Virus record (IMG/VR): IMGVR_UViG_3300023047_000002
Source: a virus
Taxonomy: Duplodnaviria > Caudoviricetes
Direction: 5' to 3' (one strand)
Length of the DNA stretch: 64,000 nt
Shown here: piece after piece, positions 58,401 to 64,000 of the stretch
Position numbering within the stretch: position 1 is the first letter of the stretch
Layout of the letters: every line of letters begins with the position of its first letter
Notes under the pieces: generated by a model
Told to the model about the DNA's origin: nothing
Database searches by the model: none
The model's input: only the letters and a program-made list of their open reading frames with translations
Translations under genes and position numbers: made by a program

Positions 58401-60818
58401 TTTATCTACGAATACTTGTATCAGGAAGCGACTATCTGGTTACAACGTAAACGTGACATCATTGAATCGTGGTATCAGGACAAGTTCGGCGATTTGGTAT
58501 TTCCTGTATGGAATTGTACAGTTGACACTACTGAACACCAGTTGTATGTTCAGTGTACAAATGTGCACCAGTGCGCAGAGGAACTCCGGATAGTAGCCAA
58601 CCTTTATCACGAGGATACATGGATAAATGCATTCAACAGCGGTGCAGACGTTCACAAGGCATGTTATTCGCCTGACACAGAGTTCTATGTCAAATCACAC
58701 GGTTGGATGTATGCTGAGAACATAACACCTGAGATGGAGATTGCCTATTATGACGTAAGATCTGATTCGTTCAAGTTTACGAAAGCAGATAAGCGGGCTA
58801 CACAGAAAGGTCGAGATGTATATGTACGTAGTGGTGTTTTCAATGTCACTGGTAATCATCGTATGTACGTAAATTTCGATACTCAGGGATATCACATCGA
58901 ACGTGCAGATAACCTGAAAAATTGCGGCAATGCAAAGCAGCGTTTCCACATGAAGACCGCAGTAGGAACACGTGTTGAGTTCTCAAAAGAACGTAATAAG
59001 GATAACGCTACTGCCTTCGCTCTTGGGTTCTTGTCTTCTATTGATAAGGAATTTGATGGTACACGAATGATCGTGAAATGTTCAACATTGTACCCTGAGG
59101 TCTTTCAAATCCTAAAGGACTACGCATGTAATTCTACGAACAAAACGTTGTTTGCGTTTAGTGATAAAGGTGTCTCTTATTTGACCAGTCTTGGTTTCTC
59201 TACGTCTCTTGGTCGTGTTGTCGATGACGCTCAAATCTTAACGTCACGTAATCGTTATAGAGGATTCATTTGCGGGTTATTGCACGGGTTATCATGTCGA
59301 AAAGACAGCGAGATTTATCTTGGAGACGGTTCCGATTTACATGGTCGAACTTATGTCAAAGACAAAGCTCTAGCTGACTGGATTCAATGGCATCTCACAT
59401 GTAACGGATACTCGTGCAGGGTAACGCATAATGTTCTCTCTGACAGGTATGCGTTATACATTGAGTCACGACAAGACAAAGATGTCTGTATGACGTTCCA
59501 TTCTGTGAAGGGTCATAGTTTGACAAATGGAGGAATATACTCGTGCTTCGAGGTTCCTAGTGGTCTTCTCGTTACACGGTATGATGGACGTATTACAGTT
59601 AATGGTAATACGGCTATTAAGTTATTTGGTGAGGAGAATTACACTAAAGACGCACGTAAGAAAGCAAAGTGCCTGTCAGGCGATACAATGGTTCACACAG
59701 TTGACGGACGTTCTATTCAGATACGCAATCTTGTTTCTGAAGAAACGCATATGAATGCAGTTGAAGGTAATCCGGTTGATATACGGTACAAAGATATTAA
59801 GATTTCTACACCTGATGGGTGGAGTGATGTCACACACTGGATTTATAATGGATTCCGTGAAACGTTGAAGATCACTATTGATCGGCGTCTGATGCTTGAA
59901 GTAACTCCTGATCATTTGGTTGGTAAGTATGAACCTGATGCACATGAAGATGACTCAAAGAAATATACACTTGTTCGTGCTGACTCCTTGTCAGTAGGAG
60001 ACATGGTCTTATGGGATTATTGTCCTATGCGTATAACAAGCATCCAAAAAGGGTACAGTGATGTTTACGACATTACGGTTGACAATGTGTCTCACACGTT
60101 CCATGCAAACGGAGTAGTCGTCCATAACTGTGCGAGCTTCGGGATTCTTTATGGTTCTGGTGCACAAGGTTTTAACAACTCTTTCCCAGACATGACATTG
60201 GATGAGTGTCGTGACTTTATGAAAAAGTTCAAAGATGCACTCCCTGCAATCAGTCAAGGTCAAGCAGAGAATATAGCGTATGCTAGACAGTATGGTGATA
60301 TTAACACAGGGTTCGGTCGTCATCGCCGTGTGAAGTTTTGGCTTTCAAGTCCTGACCGTGCAAAACAGGCATTTGGTGAGAGAACTACTAAAAATACTGC
60401 AGTTCAAGGGACCGCTGCTGATGTATTGAAAATCATATTCTGTCGTTTGTGGGAGAAAGTTTTCAAGCCGTATCCGCAGGTGAAATTCATGTCAACCATT
60501 CACGATGAGGTCAATTTTTCGATTCCTATTGAATTGGCACGTGAAGTTATTCCTTTGTGTGTCGAATGTATGACCATCGAACGTGAAGACTGGCCAGTAC
60601 CTCTAAAGTGTTCATTATCGTTGAGTCGTACTGATTTGGGTAGTCTTATTCCATTTACGTATGATGCTGCTACGGACACGTATGAGCCTGAATGGGATAC
60701 ACTTGAAGTGAAGCCAAAAGTCACGCATACTGTAGAAGCTAATGTCGTTGCTACAGAAGACGAAAACAACTTTGACGATTGTGTGTATGGCGTATCTTTA
60801 GATGAAATAGACTTTTAG
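55458..60818 (+). CDS. polA: Family A DNA polymerase with 3'-5' exonuclease and four inteins
   Basis: DTETSG ExoI, YACTDA ExoIII, TGRLS, spliced motif A DM-CAEELR, motif B RKKAK-CASFGILYG, motif C IHDE. Confidence 0.95.
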   Translation: MADDKKNLHKGYVHYIPAVEEKDDWDKDLTFVLIRTLDELRVHDVEHDFTAWDTETSGLDPDMDYLVGFSFSFDGKTGYYVPVAHDDMALGTEAVEIFYSILKKTRKTQFLFNCRFDQRFLEAALKHKGWTLDGMSYYDVQNAIWLADTNVVMPSLKASARHFLGWKPKTFDETLGDAVTFQHVPAEDAYFYACTDALMTYQLALVSNKFYRENLPASRFDNNMLYPLMRLENTPQRLDTEYLKSLVPQVEAIIERTREEVYRLAGTQFNLNAPQQFGKILVERFGVDTGARTATGAMKADLKTIDAWMVKHNAVIGQDIKDFIKAYKEYKKTVKFKSSYLDKYIKAASEQDIYPVRFSYKTNSVPTGRLSCGTSAKNKFFTNNNVQCLEENTSVITSEGIKPIKHVNTGDLVWTGSAFVPCVQLGSKQKRCETVWTYFGKITASLEHKFYTLNLYTFELEWDALASAIAQGKPIVRNTEDGGFTLRELLENETFKKSMLLKPELSGERIKELENLYADIRFDMIRKTDNFWYPNIIPPKVTVYDLEVPTYERFTANGFIVHNSTPKPHAVLLKGRKATEQEIAEKKDILGWYFSNDIPDEEAKGLVEGMDPDNLNIRRAFLSENDQCYVVSIDMCLEGGSPVQTKHGYMGICEIKPGDEVLSPQGWVTVSRVMRTGVEKVIKVFPDNGGQAIYCTENHPFVINGEKVKAKDIKGKVPSVPFHAYVKESVERNKVIECLSYLKQCKTIKEASHYVLEHDLKLLIEDALETYTRAEVSKWCGIRVSSFGHFMNDLGIQPTGKEFCYRQSKFYNNVFEGESTPTSAYLFGFILGDGNISRRRGDYLTLNISSKDEAHLRQICNIFGEDLNIRHNEKKGCEWWCLNIPSRDICNRLLELGISERKSTEPSHVNFEWLGDNFRHFIRGLFDADGYVRITSVLDVSFVGHDSYITEIKKRIEGQWSYKYTSSLSHLSLLGTVEQRKFIYEYLYQEATIWLQRKRDIIESWYQDKFGDLVFPVWNCTVDTTEHQLYVQCTNVHQCAEELRIVANLYHEDTWINAFNSGADVHKACYSPDTEFYVKSHGWMYAENITPEMEIAYYDVRSDSFKFTKADKRATQKGRDVYVRSGVFNVTGNHRMYVNFDTQGYHIERADNLKNCGNAKQRFHMKTAVGTRVEFSKERNKDNATAFALGFLSSIDKEFDGTRMIVKCSTLYPEVFQILKDYACNSTNKTLFAFSDKGVSYLTSLGFSTSLGRVVDDAQILTSRNRYRGFICGLLHGLSCRKDSEIYLGDGSDLHGRTYVKDKALADWIQWHLTCNGYSCRVTHNVLSDRYALYIESRQDKDVCMTFHSVKGHSLTNGGIYSCFEVPSGLLVTRYDGRITVNGNTAIKLFGEENYTKDARKKAKCLSGDTMVHTVDGRSIQIRNLVSEETHMNAVEGNPVDIRYKDIKISTPDGWSDVTHWIYNGFRETLKITIDRRLMLEVTPDHLVGKYEPDAHEDDSKKYTLVRADSLSVGDMVLWDYCPMRITSIQKGYSDVYDITVDNVSHTFHANGVVVHNCASFGILYGSGAQGFNNSFPDMTLDECRDFMKKFKDALPAISQGQAENIAYARQYGDINTGFGRHRRVKFWLSSPDRAKQAFGERTTKNTAVQGTAADVLKIIFCRLWEKVFKPYPQVKFMSTIHDEVNFSIPIELAREVIPLCVECMTIEREDWPVPLKCSLSLSRTDLGSLIPFTYDAATDTYEPEWDTLEVKPKVTHTVEANVVATEDENNFDDCVYGVSLDEIDF
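56619..57146 (+). mobile_element. Intein 1 (mini-intein, 176 aa)
   Basis: Q|CLEENT...VYDLEV...FTANGFIVHN|S. Confidence 0.9.
57363..58571 (+). mobile_element. Intein 2 (403 aa, LAGLIDADG, Gln-terminal)
   Basis: M|CLEGGS...TENHPF...LFGFILGDG...FIRGLFDADG...NVHQ|C. Confidence 0.9.
58662..59609 (+). mobile_element. Intein 3 (316 aa, degenerate endonuclease)
   Basis: A|CYSPDT...VTGNHRM...CFEVPSGLLVTR...VNGN|T. Confidence 0.88.
59670..60128 (+). mobile_element. Intein 4 (mini-intein, 153 aa)
   Basis: K|CLSGDT...VTPDH...VYDITV...FHANGVVVHN|C. Confidence 0.9.
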
Positions 60819-60923
60819 TCCTTTAGTGTGCAGACGCAGTATCTAAAAAGTGTATTGCGTCTGCGTCTTCGTTATGCCTGTAGTGCATTACAGTTAAAAG
60901 AAAACCTGTTTGGAGGGTTTGCC

Positions 60924-61994
60924 ATGTTGATTAAGAAAAAAAAGCAAGAAGCTCGTCGTTCATGGACAGGTGAAGACATTGCACGTCTTCACAAAGAAAG
61001 TTCCTATGGTCGAAATCGTCGTGTTCGTCGTTATGAAGCTGACGATGATAACGATAAACCTATTGAGACTCCGTCTGAGTTCTCAAACAAGCAGTCTTAC
61101 ACAAATTTCGTCAAGCACCTGTTGGATGGTGTAAATGACGACAAAGCAAAAGCGTGGATTGATTATGCTTTTGGTGGAAAGAATGGCGATATAACCTTTA
61201 CCGCAGAAGCTGAGAAAGGTTATGATGTTCATTCATTGTACCCGACACAGAATTTCATCGGTCTTGAAAATTCCATTGGTTTTACTGTGAACAATCCTGA
61301 TAAAGCCAAAGACAGCTTCCGTAAGATGCTCATGGAAGACCGTCCTGAGATTAAGGCAGGTTCTGCCATTTGGATTTTTGAGGGTAAGTACATCATTGAT
61401 GGACATCACCGTTGGTCTCAGGTTTATGCTTTCAATCCGAATGCAAAAGTCGTTGCGGTCAATTTCAAGTGTTCTGAGAAACTTCAACCTAAACAAGCAC
61501 TGGCTGCTGTCCAGGGTGTCATTGCTTCAGTTACAGGTAAAGTACCTATCGCAACAAGCAAGGTTGATGGAAAGGATAATGTAACTGCATCGAACGTTCT
61601 GAAAGACAGCGATACCACAATGTTAAAAGCCGCACAGGTTTGTTTGGAGTCTTCACCTGCTCACGACGAGTTTAACAAACTTTGTGATGAAGTGCTTGAA
61701 ACTGGAGAAGGTGCGTCAACTCGCATTTCACGTATTGACGCAAAGTTCGATGACAATTCAAGCGGATCTAAAGTTCTAACTTATGCAGTGAACAATTGCC
61801 TTGCTCTTAAATCAGGCAACAATGCTGTCGAGGGTGCACCTGATCGTGAGTATATGCCTCAGACGGATGGTGGAAAGGGTGCTCCTGCCGATATTCCTGA
61901 CCAAGTAAAGAAGACACTTGGCTCTGGTGTTGATGACGTCGTTAAAAATGTTGAACACCGTATCCCGAAAGCCATTCGTAAGCGTTACATGTGA
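60924..61994 (+). CDS. ParB/Srx-fold domain protein
   Basis: LYPTQ...YIIDGHHRW; GGAGG RBS before ATG 60924. Confidence 0.65.
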   Translation: MLIKKKKQEARRSWTGEDIARLHKESSYGRNRRVRRYEADDDNDKPIETPSEFSNKQSYTNFVKHLLDGVNDDKAKAWIDYAFGGKNGDITFTAEAEKGYDVHSLYPTQNFIGLENSIGFTVNNPDKAKDSFRKMLMEDRPEIKAGSAIWIFEGKYIIDGHHRWSQVYAFNPNAKVVAVNFKCSEKLQPKQALAAVQGVIASVTGKVPIATSKVDGKDNVTASNVLKDSDTTMLKAAQVCLESSPAHDEFNKLCDEVLETGEGASTRISRIDAKFDDNSSGSKVLTYAVNNCLALKSGNNAVEGAPDREYMPQTDGGKGAPADIPDQVKKTLGSGVDDVVKNVEHRIPKAIRKRYM

Positions 61995-62035
61995 GCAATC
62001 AATTTAAAGAAAAGTTCTTTTGTTGCTTGACGTTT

Positions 62036-62069
62036 AAAGGCTCATGTACTCAAATACATGAGCCTTTTT
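62036..62069 (+). terminator. Intrinsic terminator
   Basis: AAAGGCTCATGTA...TACATGAGCCTTTTT. Confidence 0.75.
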
Positions 62070-62166
62070 GTCTTAATGGTGCTGTTGTGAGTAAATCGTT
62101 TATTTTGTTGTAAGTTCTTCTTGATTTTTTAGTACTGTTTCTCTTGTCATAGAAGGACGTTAAAAT

Positions 62167-62430
62167 ATGTTGAACTCGCCAGCAGCTGTTGCACATAAAT
62201 TGAATGAACTAGCACCCAACATAGGTATTGGTTATCAGGAACGTAAACGTATGGTGGACACACGTCTTTTCCTTTTCGGTATGTTTGTACTTGACATCAC
62301 TGCATTGGGAGAATGGATGGAAGCGAATTACCCTGAATACCGTGATAAATCTCTTGAGCATTTTTTGTTGGATAAAGATGCCGAACACATCAACGAGTGG
62401 AAAGAACTTCTTGGTATCAGTGAAAATTAG
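62167..62430 (+). CDS. Hypothetical protein
   Basis: 87 aa; TGGTGCTG promoter at 62077. Confidence 0.6.
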   Translation: MLNSPAAVAHKLNELAPNIGIGYQERKRMVDTRLFLFGMFVLDITALGEWMEANYPEYRDKSLEHFLLDKDAEHINEWKELLGISEN

Positions 62431-62508
62431 TGTGGTGCTGATACTCAAGTTCTACATAAATTGTGGTAGAGTCATACTTGCGTTTTTCTTTTTGTTTGGT
62501 GGTGTATT

Positions 62509-63375
62509 ATGGCAAAAAGCACAAAGTCAACGGAATCCAATCGTGACGTTCTTGAGAAAATCGACCAAGTGACACGGATAAAGTTCAGAAAGGCAGCTCT
62601 TCATAGTATGGGCGGTATCCCTGAACACAACAGACCTACACATGACGAACTGAATAGAATGCTTGTCATTGAGAGAGAGCGGTTTTTATCTATGCTGTCA
62701 AGGGATACTGTTACGGTATGGCTCTATAACAAGCCGGTACTGAGAGGTCTTATTTATGCTCTTCTTATGATGTACACTGATAATGATGGTGATTGCTTTC
62801 CTCCTGCTATGGATGGATTCTCTTATGTCGATGATGCACAAATACTTGACCACTCGTTTTCTTCCGGAGACTTTTGGTTTCCGTCAGAGTGTATGTGTGT
62901 TGTCATGTTGGGCGTTGCGAAACGCAATAGTTATCTGACAGAGATAATCAATTCTTTTGTTCGCAGAAGGATGGTTGTTAAAAAGCAGCGAACGATTTTT
63001 TTGTTTGAGGGTACACGGAACGATTTTGCACGTCTTTATGGCGAAGTTTCGTCTTTTGAACTCAACAGAGATTCTTATATCATCGACTGGAACGAACGTG
63101 CTTCTGAAAACAGTAACTCGGCACGTCATATAGAAGAAGGTCAGAGGTCGTTTACAGAGAAGTCCGCTTCTGTTGCGTCAAAAGAATTTAATGGTGATTC
63201 TGAGATTCATTTACGTTCCGATACCTCAACGAAGAAATCAGCACTCAAATCTGGAAACACTAAATCTAAAGGTCGTACTAAAAAAGACACATCGTCTCGT
63301 ATTGAACTTGATGACTACAAGCCACAGGAATCTGAGATTCCTGAGCGTAAGTCAAAGACATCCACAATTTTTTAA
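62509..63375 (+). CDS. Hypothetical protein, weak DnaC/IstB helicase-loader-like core
   Basis: EIINSFVRRR...KQRTIF; no Walker A; TGGTGCTG promoter at 62433. Confidence 0.4.
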   Translation: MAKSTKSTESNRDVLEKIDQVTRIKFRKAALHSMGGIPEHNRPTHDELNRMLVIERERFLSMLSRDTVTVWLYNKPVLRGLIYALLMMYTDNDGDCFPPAMDGFSYVDDAQILDHSFSSGDFWFPSECMCVVMLGVAKRNSYLTEIINSFVRRRMVVKKQRTIFLFEGTRNDFARLYGEVSSFELNRDSYIIDWNERASENSNSARHIEEGQRSFTEKSASVASKEFNGDSEIHLRSDTSTKKSALKSGNTKSKGRTKKDTSSRIELDDYKPQESEIPERKSKTSTIF

Positions 63376-63396
63376 CACGGAACACAGGAGTTTAAA

Positions 63397-64000
63397 ATGC
63401 AGGGGTTCTCGCTTAAAAGCAACATGGAATTTGTCAAAAAGTCATTACCTATCCCTTTCGGGTTTTTACGCGGCGGCATAAAGAAGATTTCATTCATCAA
63501 TGAAGCACTTGAAGTAACGTTGGTCGAAAAAATCCACGATGGAACATGTGACGGATTCCTCATACCGGGTAGCCTAGTTCGGAAGAAAATTCTACCTGTC
63601 ATTGGTTTGACCGGACTTCTTTTGAAAGACTACCTTAATGACAATATTGGCACTTATTCAGATGCTATACAGAGTGTCGTTATTGAAAGTATTATGTTTA
63701 ACATCAATCATTTCATCTTTTACATTCCTGCACATTCTGTTGAAGCTGTTGACGTTCTCCCCATGTTCAATAAAGACTTGTCTCCGATGGGTGAGGATTT
63801 CACTGATTTGCAGTCAAATTATGAGAAGTATACACCATTGTCGTATATTACTGGATTGTTTGCACCTAAAGACGATGAGAATGCACTTAAATTCGTTCCG
63901 TCAGGTGTCAACGTGACGTATTACAACTGTTCTGATGACAAATTCGAGATGGATTTTTCAGCCGATGACCCTGACACTGATGAGGATTGGTCAAGATGTT
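63397..64000 (+). CDS. Hypothetical protein, partial
   Basis: AGGAG RBS, ATG 63397, frame open to the window end. Confidence 0.7.
   Translation, partial: MQGFSLKSNMEFVKKSLPIPFGFLRGGIKKISFINEALEVTLVEKIHDGTCDGFLIPGSLVRKKILPVIGLTGLLLKDYLNDNIGTYSDAIQSVVIESIMFNINHFIFYIPAHSVEAVDVLPMFNKDLSPMGEDFTDLQSNYEKYTPLSYITGLFAPKDDENALKFVPSGVNVTYYNCSDDKFEMDFSADDPDTDEDWSRC

Noticed and set aside
4696-60847. ATCTAAA as a late promoter upstream of portal, SprT operon and ParB-like genes
   Set aside because: A short AT-rich 7-mer expected many times by chance; also occurs in the wrong orientation (25496)
219-63916. Numerous 60-190-aa antisense or nested ORFs in the track
   Set aside because: Shadows of longer genes, without RBS or motifs

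Overview
This window is a 64-kb segment of a large (jumbo-type) myophage genome. Virion genes include terminase large subunit, T4 gp20-like portal, gp6/gp25/gp26/gp51-like baseplate proteins, and two tail-fibre-like proteins with a chaperone. The replication/recombination set includes a family-A DNA polymerase with four inteins, a bacterial-type DnaX clamp loader, two beta-clamp-like proteins, primase, RecA, RuvC, a three-part SbcC plus SbcD, HU, dUTPase and two deoxynucleoside kinases. The non-coding DNA is unusually rich. (1) A ~1.3-kb symmetric origin candidate at ~30,553, where strand composition and gene polarity flip. (2) A ~610-nt promoter-to-terminator structured RNA with an rRNA-leader-like boxB/boxA and a 22-bp long-range stem. 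(3) A family of transposase-less IS200/IS605 end elements, some retaining TnpB omega-RNA-like scaffolds, one interrupted by a captured C5 methyltransferase plus the stump of its downstream gene. (4) A 13-copy TGGTGCTG-N23/24-extended -10 promoter in front of replication genes, with a Mor-like candidate activator. (5) A 3-copy ~100-bp element resembling strong gyrase sites. All calls are from motif reading by eye; no database searches were run and the host is unknown.
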